This document shows, one piece after another, positions 13,701 through 25,018 of a DNA stretch of 64,000 bases. The stretch comes from Psilocybe cubensis (taxonomy: Eukaryota): the NCBI GenBank assembly GCA_017499595.2, contig CM039010.1, positions 1,116,001 to 1,180,000 of the forward strand. The letters run 5' to 3'. Every line of letters begins with the position of its first letter. The stretch's first letter is position 1. The notes below the pieces were generated by a model. That model was not told the origin of the DNA. It saw nothing but the letters and a program-made list of their open reading frames with translations, and searched no databases. The position numbers and the translations under genes were made by a program.

Positions 13701-15373
13701 CACGCCCGCTTTAAGGTGCGGGTTACCGTTACCGTTACCGTTACCATTGTTGGCGTTGGCGCCGCTGTGATTGTTGGCGCTGGTGGAGTTGGAGGTGGTG
13801 GAGGTGGTATGCTCGAGGATCCGGCGCTCGACGCTTAACCTGTCATGCTAGAAAGATATAAAACGTAAGATTCTACTTTAATCGCACAACCTCAATCGCA
13901 CAATGCACAAATCACAATCCCAAATTAAAGGAAAGGAACAAAAAACAAAAATAAAAGACAGAAGACATACCTTGAACACCCACGCCTCGCTCTCGAACAC
14001 CTCGTACCCCCCCTTGCCCTTGCCCTTGCCCTTCCCTCTCCCTCTCCCCTTGCCTCTCTCTTTGTCCCCTTCGCAACACCCACCCTCGCCACCAGCACCA
14101 GCACCCGAAACACAAGCACAACACCCACCCCAACCCCAAGCACAAGCACACCCAACCCCTTCAAAAAACCTCTCCATCTGCACACTCAGACTCGTATACA
14201 AACTTCCCAGATCGGAGAAGGCGGCGATGCGGAGGTCGAAGTGCAGGGTGTGGTATTTGGTTTGATGGGGGTTATGATTTTGGTTGGAGTTTGAGTTTGA
14301 GTTGGGGGTGGGGTTGGAGAGGAGCGCGCGGATGATCGACGTCTGATACAGTTATGCCATGTTATTTTCGTGTTATTTTCATTTCGCGGTAGATGGGTAG
14401 ATGGGTAGGTAGGTAGGTAGATGTGTGGTGTGTAGCGTGCGGTGAAATTTAAAAAAAATGATGAGATTAACGAAGACGAAGACGAAGAAAACACAGAAAA
14501 AAAAAGAAACAACACAAACCTTCCCAACCCCCGAAGCTCCAAACACGACCGTCCACGCTGGCTCGCCGTCGAGCACTTTTTGGAGGGCGCGGGTTTCGCG
14601 TTTGCGTGGGAAGAATGTGGCGGAGGTGGGGTTTCTGGACGGGCGTTCGGGGGCGCGCGCGTGCGCGTGCGAGTGGGTGGGTGCGCGCGAATGGGTGGGT
14701 GGGTAAGAGTGCGACCGTTCGTGCGAATGCGCGCACGGGTACGAGGGCGAGGGCGAACCGTGACAAGAACAAGAGTGCGCATGCGAGTGCAAGTTCGGGG
14801 GAGAACAAGGGCAAGAATGAGAATGCGACTCGGCGACCTCGAGCCTGTGCTGCGTCTCAGCGAGGAGCTTTCTCGATTCCGTGAGGGAGCGGAGCGTTTC
14901 TGAGGGCTGGAGGTGAAAAAGGATTTTTTGTTAGATGGGGTTTTTTTTGTTTTAGAGAGGAGGGAGAGGGAGGAGGGAGAGGGGAGAGGAGAGGAGAGAA
15001 AGGAGGGAGAGAGAGAGGGCAGAGAAGAGGGAGAGAGAGTAGAGAGAGAATACAGAGCACAGAGCGTAAATCACAGAACCCAAAAAAAAACCAACAAAAA
15101 ACACACACGCACATGAACAACAACCCCCAGAATATCCCCCATCCCCATCCCGAAAAAATTCCTCCCCTGCGGATCAAGCGATATATACGAAGCGCGTTTG
15201 TGCGGGATGTTGCTTCTGAAGAGCCACTGGATTTGTGCGAGTGGGTTTTTAGATCTGGGTTTAGTTTTGACAGGGTTTTTGGAGTCGGTGGGAGATGAGG
15301 TGGGAGAGGTAGGGGAGGGTGGTGGTTTTCTGAGTTTGCTGTGGGTATTGGTATTGCTGTTGGCGGTGGACAT
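10761..15373 (-). CDS. P-loop ATPase (AAA_16/archaeal-ATPase-like) with numerous low-complexity insertions, multi-exon
   Basis: 'FFPRKRETRALQKVLDGEPAWTVVFGASGVGK' (Walker A), 'YHTLHFDLRIAAFSDLGSLY', Walker B 'MP|VIFFDEAHKL', 'LTKQDRLCHVIHATSDPFY', 'FDAFGGKLAHWDDYI'; start position approximate. Confidence 0.75.
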
Positions 15374-16022
15374 GAATGTGTTGGACGAGCTGCGAGCTGG
15401 CGGTTCAGTTACGTGCAGTGTGCGGCAGTGCAGGGGTGTTATGAACCAGACGCAGTACTTGATTCAGCCAAAACAGATATCCAAGTGCAAGTGCGAGTTC
15501 AAGATACAAGCTGCAAGCAGATGGTAGATGGTACAAGAGAGAGAAAGAGAGAGATACGAGCGCGGTGCAAGATACCAGTTACGAGTTATGAGACACTAGA
15601 CACCAGACACCAGACAAAAGACACTAGAAGCCAGCGAACATGCGGGCGCACCGTGGATATACAGTCGTACAGCTCGTGGTAGGTGGTGTATTTATGTCCT
15701 TGTCCACGTCCACGTCCATGGGCACGGAGCATGGGCACGGAGCATGGAGGATGACGGCAGGCCGGGTGCAGGGGAGGGGCGGAAGTCGCGAGGCAGCATC
15801 GAGGAGCGAGGAGGGTGGGTTGAAGCAGACGCGTGCCCAGAGCTATCTTTAAAGCGATGCCGCTAGCATTTGATTGCAAAGAGAAGAGAAGAGACTAGGA
15901 TTCATCACTTTTTCATCAAAGCATAGCGTAGCGTAAAGTCGAGCAAGTCATCCAATTCTGTTAGAAAAAAGAATACAAAACAAAGTACAGTCGGGAAATA
16001 AAAATAGAGAAAAAAACGCAAA

Positions 16023-19000
16023 TCACCAGGCATCAGAATCATCGTCGCTGTCCGACACAATGAAATGCGTGCGACGCGTGGATCTAGATCTGACGTCATC
16101 ATGAGGGTCAGGGGGCGACAGGCTCGCGAAGAGCTCAGCCAAGGTCGGGTGGCGACGCGCGGGCGTCGAAGCGCGCATATCGACATCGACATCCCCTCCC
16201 TCCTCATCCGAATCATCCGCAAACAGATCAGCCAACCGCTGCATCCGATCCGAATCGTCACTTTCGTGCACAGACTCGGTATCACTGCCATCCGACATCA
16301 CAGCCCGCCTTGTCCTCCGCACAACCACCAACTCCTCCTCCTCATCGTCATCAAGATCAACCGGCCCGTCACCCCCCTCCCCCTCCTCGTCGTCGTCCGA
16401 ATCTTCAACAACGATATACCGCCGTCGCGCATTTCCCCGCCGCCGCTCATCGACGACTTCGACCTCCTCATCACCATCATCAATAAAACTCCCTTCCTCC
16501 TCATCATCCTCATCGTCAACCTCCTCAATCTGAGCAACACCACCACCCCACGCATCATTACCTGCAGGATGGAAATAAAGAGGGTGAACAAGCTCGTTCA
16601 GACGCTCCAAATCGACACGAGCCCGCCGACCTTGGGAATCCTCATCGTCGTCAACACCAATCTCATCTTCATCCTCATCATAGTCAACAGCCCCCAAATT
16701 CCTCAAATGCTCTTCAATAGCCTCAATATTCCTCCCCCAAAACGGATGCATCCCCTCCTCATCCCCATCTTCTTCATCATCTTCACTATCATCATCACTA
16801 ATACCCATCTCCCTCCTCACTCTACGCATATACCTCTCATCCCACAAATCTCCCCCACCCCACCCATCCTCATCCCCCTCCCCATCCTCCTCCTCATCAT
16901 CATCCTCATCATCTTCTTCACCACCCCGCCCCCGCCCCCGCCCCCGCCGATGCCCCGGATACACCCTCCGACACGCCGAACACACCCCATCCCAAATCTC
17001 ATGATAACAATCCACACACCGGTGGATCCCCCCGTCCTCCGCATCAAACCACCCCATCTCCTCTCGATCCCCCTCCGTCTGCACCCGTGGCTCCGCAGGA
17101 CCAGCAGCGCCGGCTCCTGCACCAGCCATACGGAAAAACGCCTCGAACGCGCTTATTGCCCCGCCTGCGTTCGCACCTGATCCTGACCCGGAGCCTGCGC
17201 GGCGGAACACATTACGCCACGGATCCGCATTCCCCGCTCCTTCCCCCGCCGCCGCCGACCCCTCCAACCCCAACCCACCAGCCCCCGCCCCCGCACCCAA
17301 ATCCACAAGCCCACTCCTCACAAGCGCCCCAACCATATCCTTCACACCCCACATCTCCACCGGGCGCTCAACCACCACCGCACGACACACCGGGCACTTT
17401 TTGCGACGCCGGATGTACGTCCCGCTGTGTGCTGTGGGTGTGTTGAGCAGGGCGTCGATGCTTGTGTCTTGTGCTTGTGCGTTTTGTGCTTGTGCTCCTC
17501 CTGGTGCTGCTGGTGCGTCTTGTGCGTCTTGTGCTACTCCTCCTCCTGCTGCTGCTGCTGCTGCTACTGGTGCTGGGACCGCGTTGTTGGCGTTATTATT
17601 CGCGTTCGCGTTCTCCCCACTCTGCGGCACAGGCGCCGTAAACCACCTAACCAAACACCCATAACACGTAACATGCCCACACGGCGCGAGCGCATAGGGC
17701 CTGTACATCAGATCCAGGCATATCTGGCACGTCAGCGATTGGTGCTGGTGCGCGAGGTGCGTTTCGTGCCGCGCGAGGAGCTGGTGGGGGAGGGCGAGGG
17801 GGCGGGAAAATTACGGTTAGAGTGGACGGATGAGGGGTGGATGGGTACTTACAGAAGCCTGTGTAGCAATCTGCGCTTTCAACTGTGCAATTTCCGAAGC
17901 TTGCGCTTCTACCTCTGCTTGTGCCTGTGCATGGGCTTGAGCGTGGACTTGTGAGTCGGGTGAATTTTGTTGGGATTTCGATTGAGATGGGGATGGGGAT
18001 GGAGTCGACGGGGGTCGGGGTTGGGGTTTGGCTTTTTCCTTGCCTTTCCCTTTGCTTTTTTCTTTGCCTTTGCTTTTTTCTTTGCCTTTGCTTTTGTCTT
18101 TGCTTTTGCTTTTGTCTTTGCTTTTGCCTTTGCCTTTATCTTTACTTTTATTTGAAGACTGAAAAATGAAAGGATGAGGAATCAGCATATCGAATCAGAT
18201 CGCATCCAAAATAAAAATAAAAATAAAAACAACATTTTTGAAAAAAACAAAACAAAAAAAAACTTGTGGTTAGAAAATGTAGGAATGGAAAGGAGAGGAA
18301 GGAGAGGAAAGTGAAGAAAAGGGAAGGAGGGGGAAAGTGAATGGAAAGAAAAAAAAACGAAGCAAAGTACAAAAAAAAAGAAAAGAAACAAGAGACGTAC
18401 GCTCACAGCCTCCTCCTCCTCCTCTTCCTCTAAATCCCCCTCCCCCTCCTCCTCCAAATCCACATCCATATCCAAATCCACCTCCGCGCGCCACGACCGC
18501 GACCGCGACCGCCTTTTCAAAGGCGAGACCGATCTGCTTGGTCCCCTGTCCCTCGTCGCGCTCGTGCTCGTGGTGTCCCTTTGCCGGTGCTTTTGCTTTT
18601 GCTTGGTGGTACTGGTGTTAGTGTTGGTGCCTGCAGCAGAGCCGCTTCCGCTTCCACTTCCACTGGCACTGGCACCGCGCACTTCCATCTCCACTTCCAC
18701 CTCGCCCTCCACCTCAGAATCGACACCGTTCTGTCGCTGTACTTCAACTTCAGCTTCACCTTGAGCTGGAGCTGTAGCCTGACCCTGGCCCTCGACCGGT
18801 ACAGAGCCAGGGACAGAGCCAGGGACAGAGGCTTGCACAACCGACACCCTCCTCCTCTTCTTCTTCTTTTTCTTCTTCTTGTCTCTTTCTCGTTCTTTTT
18901 CTCGGTCTCGGTCTCGGTCTCGTTCTTTTTCGCGTTCGTTGGCTTTTTCGCGTTCCTTGTCTTTCTTCGCTTTCTTCGTCGCTCTCTCTTTTTCTTTCTC

Positions 19001-19429
19001 CTTGTTCTTCATTTTATCTTTCTCCCGTTCCTTATCCCTAGCTCTCTCCGCCCCTTGATCCATCCTTCTCGAGCTCGAGCTCGAGCTAGCGCCCGCACCC
19101 ACACCCGCGGTCGACGACCCATCACCCCCAACATCAACATCAACATCGAGATCAAACCGCATCCTCTTCCTCTCCCTCTCCCTCCCACTGCCACTTCCAT
19201 TCACCGTGCCACCATTCACCGTGCCATTTCCACCACTAACACCCCCCTCGTGTCCATCCGACCCCGCGCGTTTCCTTCTATTGGATTTTACAGTGTTGAC
19301 TGCGTTTATGGGCACAGTCGCGGATGAAGAACCTGGTACTGGCATTGGTCCTGCGGCTGGTCCTGTGGCAGAAGTGCCTGCAGCAGAAGTGGAAGCGGGT
19401 CCGGGTGTATGGCGCGTCGCGACGGGCAT
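16023..19429 (-). CDS. RING-finger E3 ubiquitin ligase, PSH1-like (RING + second Cys motif + long acidic tail)
   Basis: RING 'LTCQICLDLMYRPYALAPCGHVTCYGCL...CPVCR' (split by a low-complexity insert); 'DAEDGGIHRCVDCYHEIWDGVCSAC' motif; Asp/Glu-rich C-terminus; about 3 exons. Confidence 0.75.
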
Positions 19430-19513
19430 TGGTTGGTCTGCGTGTCCGCGTCCGTGTCAGTGTCCGTATATACGTATGTGTATGTGGAGGTGTATGTGTA
19501 GATTATTCGGCAA

Positions 19514-19672
19514 TGTGATGTGATGTGATGTGATGTGATGTGATGTGGATGTGGATGTGGATGCGTATGTGGATGCTATGAGATGAGTGTCGAAGTGTTG
19601 AGTGTCGAGTGTGTCGATGTATCGAGTGTCGAGTCAAATCCCAGTCAAACCCAAGTCGCTGAGTCGAGTCGA
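19514..19672. repeat. Compound microsatellite: (GTGAT)n grading into (GTGGAT)n, then degenerate GAGTGTC/GAGTC repeats
   Basis: Directly visible tandem repeats immediately upstream of the RING gene. Confidence 0.85.
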
Positions 19673-20749
19673 AGAACGAGTGGTCCGAATGAGCGTTTAT
19701 ACTACGTCTACGTCGTATCGCGTCGCGCTGCGTCCAAGCACGCACAGTAGTACAAGAGAAAAGCGAACTCTCGCTGGAGAGGACACAGTCAAAAGCGCTG
19801 GACAGGCACAGGCACTACCAACGATAGTGATAGTGACTGAAAGAGAAGCGAAGAGAATCGTCAGAGTCAAAGAGTCAAAGAGGCACAAAGCACAAAGCAC
19901 AAAACGCAGGCAAACGTTAAACGTAATCCGTTATTCCCACGATGTAATATCATTAAATTTGAATATAAATTTAATTAACGCACGTCGCGTAATCTGATAG
20001 TATTAGTAATAGTAATAATTACGCAATTGTATTTAGTTGCAAGATTAACAAATAATAATATAATGTGGGTCTAAGTCCCGATTTGGGATTTATTATGTCA
20101 GGAAATGTGTATATAAATCCGTTCGGCGATGGCCGTCCATCCAGCGATCCGTCTTGGACTTCACTTGGACTTGTGCTTTGAATGCTCAACGCGTACGTTA
20201 ACGTTCAACGTTCAATGGCAGCGATTTGGAAATTTGGCAATTTGGTGGTTTGCGTGCGCGGGGCGGTGTAATAAGCAAGAGTAAGCAGTGGATATTATAA
20301 GGAATTGTTTTCTGCTTTCTGTTTTCCGTTTTCTGTTTTACTATGTTTTCTGTTCCAGCCGTTGTCCTCTGAATGGGGTGTACTAAAGAATGCCGCTAGC
20401 CACTTGAATTTTTTTGTTTTTTCGGTATTTCAAAGTGGTATGTTTCAACTTTGCTTCGCTTTGTTGAGGTTGAGGTTGCCTCGACTTGACTTGCATTTTC
20501 AAATCTACTTCTCGAGAGTCGAGATGACAAGCTGGAAATAATAGTATACGAGACCATCTCGAAGCGACGGCGAACAAGCTTCATTCAAAAGTCAAAGTCA
20601 AAGTCAACGTCTCATCTCCTCCTTCTCCTTCTTCAAATTCTCTCTATCATCGCTTCAAACCGCCTGCTCTCACCGGCATCAGTGCGCGACAAAATCCTCA
20701 ATCACAAAAATCTAAATCTTCTAGACCTACTAGTAAAAAACGAGTGTAT

Positions 20750-20970
20750 CACTGCTGGCACCCATTCATATATGTCAAATAAAAACAGATTAGACACACG
20801 TTATGTGTTTGATTGAGTGCCTTTTATTGACATTTTTTAGAGAAATATACTTCGGAAGTGCATTCCGAACCATATTTCTGGAAAAAAAGTCAACAAAAAC
20901 AACATGTTAATATACAAAACGTGTATCTGATTCGTTTTTATTTGGCATATATCAATGGCCTCCAGCAGTG
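20750..20970. mobile_element. 221-bp foldback MITE with CACTG...CAGTG termini (CMC/CACTA-like)
   Basis: The whole element is an imperfect palindrome (CACTGCTGG..CCATT.ATATATG.CAAATAAAAAC on both arms) centred on TTCGGAA-GTGCA-TTCCGAA; TAT on both flanks is a candidate 3-bp TSD. Confidence 0.8.
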
Positions 20971-21383
20971 TATACTTTCATTGAACTACTTGCTAGAAAA
21001 GACAAGGCAATATGAGGCAAGGTAAGGGCAAGGTAAAGACGTCCATGGGGATGCACATGTATAAAATATAAAGTGTAAAATGTCATACAAAATACGAAAT
21101 ACTAAATACCAAAACTAAAAGAACGAACGTCGTACATACATACGTACATCTATACATGAAATAAAGAAATATGAAATAGACCATCACAAAAAATACCTTC
21201 ACCTGCACCTGCCCACTTACAACGACAAAGAGTTACAAACCTCTCCTTTGGAGAAAAAAAAAGCCTCTCCAAAAGAGAAAAAAAAGGACCTCTCCAAAAG
21301 AGAAAGAGAAAAAATAACTCAAACTCGAAACAGGAAGAAAAAAAAATCGAATAGAAAAGAAAGAACAAGAAAAAAACGAAAAA

Positions 21384-23571
21384 TCACCCAATCCGACTCT
21401 TCAAACTTCCCTCCCTCTTCTCCTTCAACTCCACCGCGGCATACAGCGCGCCTCCAATGAGCGTAAGCAAGATGCCCAGTCCATTCGCGGGTGTGATCGT
21501 CAAATCAAAGAGAACAACCGCCGAGAGGACAGTAAGCACCTGCTTCACATTCGCTAAAATATAACGCACCGCAAGGAATCAGCAAATCAGTAATTAATCA
21601 CAGAGATGGATTTACCACTCACCAGCAACACTCATACCCAGCGCCCCGACCCTTTTATTCGCATTAAAACTCACAACATTGAGCAAAAACGCCAGAACCC
21701 CATTCAAAATCAACCACACCCGTCCATTCACATGCACTTTACCCCCCATCCCCATCCCCATGCCCCCCGGCATCCCCGTCCCACCCATCCCCGACCCGAC
21801 CGTCAAAGCCGGGTCAAACAAATGCCACCTCACCCTCTCCAGCTCCCCCGTAAAATGCGCCAGCAGCGTCGTCTGCACGAACGCGAGCGGGGAGAGGAGG
21901 TATAGTAGGTGGATCGGGCTCAGCGAGAGCTTGGGCAGCGCGCGCGCGTGTGCGATGCCCGTGCCGGATGATGATGTTGTTGTTGTTGTTGTGCTAGAGT
22001 GCATTTTCACTGCGTATGTAAGGGGCGCTGGTGTGGTTGGTGTGGTGTTTGAGTGTATACTATTGTTATTGCCGTCGCCGTTGCTCATAATAGTGGATGT
22101 GGACGTGGTGGATTGTGGAAAGACGCGCTTGACGAGGTTGGATGAGACGGATGAGATTAATGATGGAGCCTGCGCGCGTTTTTCGTCGTGGACCGCATGT
22201 GCGCTGTCGACTGGGGATGTGGAAGCCGAGGTGGAGGTGGCGATGGGCAGACCGGAGGAAGAGGGTTTGACGAGGATAACGTTCGTCAGGATCGTTTTGA
22301 GCGACGCGAGAACCGTTCCGAGGAGGGTAAGGAAGAATCCGAAAGGGGTGAAATAGTAATCCCCGTATGTGCTGCAGAGAAGAGAAGTAATCAGCAACAC
22401 GAGCAACCCAAGAGTCATCAGGGGAGTCGACGCACGCGAATCCAACGCCAATGACCACTGGTACAAGTGAGAGTAGTTTTCGCCTGCTACTGCGTTTTCC
22501 TAATAACGCAGCTGCGAACATGATAGTGAAGAATGGCGTCGAAGCGCGCACGACTTGATGGAACTATAATAATATCCATCGGACGTTTTTATTCCAATTA
22601 GCCGCGTGTTAAAAATAGCCAGCATAAAGACTTACAGGCACAGTCACAAGGCGGAGCGACGCGTTGCTGACGACGATGTTGATGGTGTATAGAGTGCTGA
22701 ATAACAATAGTACGATATATTCTCTGCCATTTAGATTAGGCACTGGTGTTGATTGAGGCTGGGCTGCGCTAGTCATGCGGGCGCCTGTCAAGTGGGAGTG
22801 GGAGTAGGAGCTCTGCGCGGGTGCAGAGTTCACCCTCAGAAGCACCCGCGTCCCAATCGTCCCACAAAACGCGTGCAGCGCAGTAAGCGTGTACGGGAAA
22901 GGAAAGTGTATGAGAACGGTCTTATTATACAGCGTCAGGGAGAGATTGAGGAAGAAGTACAGGAACAGCCAGAGGAGGGGGGAGTCTGATACAGCGCGTA
23001 GGCGCGCGGGGATAGGAATGGGGATGCGCGTGGGTATAACCGCGCGTGTGGCTTTGAGTATCGGCGATGCGTGCCGCGAGAGCTGGACCCTGATCTTCGA
23101 ACTCGAAGGCGCGTTCGGCTGCGCGGCGGAGCCGCCACGGAGCAGACTCTCTTTGTCGTACTCGTACTCGTACATGTTCGATTCTGAATCTGCCGGTGAG
23201 CGGGATGAAAGTAGAAGGTCCTCGGTCGATGGGAACGCGGAGGGCGATAGTTCGTCTGTATGGTATTTTCGTCGGACTTTGGCGGTTGGGCCTGGTCCGC
23301 CTTCGAATGATGCGTATTGGGATAGCGCGTCCTCCTTCCCGAAGCTCCCTGCTGAGCCAAATGGTGAAGGGCCGACATCGCCTGGGTGCGCTCTCGGACG
23401 TATCGAACCATTTAGTGAGGGCTCTTGATTTGCGAACTTTGGCGCATCCGTGGATGCTACAAGATACACATTCTCCAAATCCTCGTGCCTAGAAGAAGAC
23501 GAAGAAGCAGACACAGCGGGGTTGGCGACTGACGTCAAAACAATAGAAGGCGTAACCAACGGCGTCGACAT
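21384..23571 (-). CDS. Triose-phosphate/nucleotide-sugar transporter (TPT, DMT superfamily) with long N-terminal extension
   Basis: 'WLFLYFFLNLSLTLYNKTVLIHFPFPYTLTALH', 'NIVVSNASLRLVTVP|FHQVVRASTPFF', 'LNVVSFNANKRVGALGMSVA|ANVKQVLT'. Confidence 0.88.
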
Positions 23572-24774
23572 TGGAAGCTCAAGTCTGTTGGAAGACTCGG
23601 AGAATTGAACTGAAAGCCAAAAAAAGATAGGGCGAGTTGGGCGCCGCTTTGTGTTTTTTTTTGCGATAAAGAGATTTGTGTGTCGGGGGAATACAGCATT
23701 AACATTCAAGTCAGTATTTATGCATTTATCTCCCCTTCCTGTTTTGTCATTCTTGTCACAGTGATCGTGTGGGTTGGGATGCATTTCGTGCTGAGCTATA
23801 TATAGTGCGTTCGAACTCTACCCGCCTTCCGTAATTTTCATCGACGAAATCAATGAAAAGTGTATTTCTTATAGTAGGATATCAGCCAAATACGTTTCTA
23901 TACTTGATAAAATCTATTCCACTCCAGTAAACGGGTATATCCTTGGTGTCGAACCTGCGGGCACTTCAAGGTGCCATCATTACATTCATCAGGCCCTACG
24001 AGTACTTGTTGATAAATAATTAGGCGTTGAACTTTCAAGCCTCTCAGTTCCAAGACGCAGATAGAAATAACTCTAACTGTGTTCCCAATCCTTCTCCATC
24101 TTCTGTTTTTTAATTTATGTTCTCCGGGCATAAGCCATCAAATCCACGAATCCACAACCTTTATAACCATTTCACAACTCTAGATTTTGAGGTCGATTTT
24201 AACTGACGTCATACCCTCAAAATTTTGATGACTATATCTTTTACACATGCATGGACTGACCTCAAATTCAGTTCATCGTGCAAGCCATAGTCACTTAGAA
24301 AATTCTTGCCAAGGCTCAAGATGTAGACGGGGCGGCGTATAAACTAGTCCATCATCGGCGCACAGTAGCAGCGGATCCGTCTTTCTAGCTGCCTTGAAAT
24401 CTTGTAGCTACTAAGCTAGTCTACCCACGTCACCAATGCCAAAATAAGCGCTCCTTCTGGACCCATTTTTGTACACAGTTCTCCGGCATCATCGGCTGCT
24501 AACCATAATTCTCACGCTGCGCCTTCCTAATTGGGGAGACGGCGGCCCAATGGTCTCCAAATCACAAAAGCTATGCTCGTCTCAACCACCAACTAGATCC
24601 TTTATAAAGCTCTGCGGCTCTCCTTCTACATTTCGAAATCTTCTGCTTGATTGTAAGAGGTTGAATTTAATCTGAAGGTTCTGCCAAAACTGATCCTCCT
24701 TGTTCAGTCAGACATCATCATCATCAATTAATAGCCAACCTTCCTGAAGCGTATTCGAACGAAGACTTTCCAGG

Positions 24775-25018
24775 ATGAACCCCACCAAATACATCCTCTC
24801 CGCACTCGTATTTGTGACTTTTGCGATGGCATGGGAGTACCCGCACTGTGAATTTGATACGGATTGCCGGTTTGGCCAGACTTGCTGTTACCATCGACGA
24901 GTTAGTCGTAATATCTTTGCCCACCCTTTACGATTCGCTCACCGAGACAACTACTTTGCAGACTCAAGGACGCCCGCCTGCGCTCTGTCTATCACATCAT
25001 GACTGCTCGAGGGTGTGA
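24775..25018 (+). CDS. 60-aa secreted cysteine-rich peptide with knottin-like C-C-CC-C-C pattern (2 exons)
   Basis: Exon 24775-24900, intron 24901-24961 (GTTAGT...TTGCAG), exon 24962-25018 give MNPTKYILSALVFVTFAMA-WEYPHCEFDTDCRFGQTCCYHRRTQGRPPALCLSHHDCSRV*; TATAAAG near 24604. Confidence 0.75.

Noticed and set aside
10858-19523. Many long + strand and alternative-frame ORFs (e.g. 16065-17180, 18581-19327, 12862-13479)
   Set aside because: Antisense shadows of low-complexity minus-strand exons; skewed composition lacks stop codons and no domain motifs are present
19514-19672. Regularly repeated short units resembling an array
   Set aside because: Simple microsatellites without unique spacers; eukaryotic context, not CRISPR
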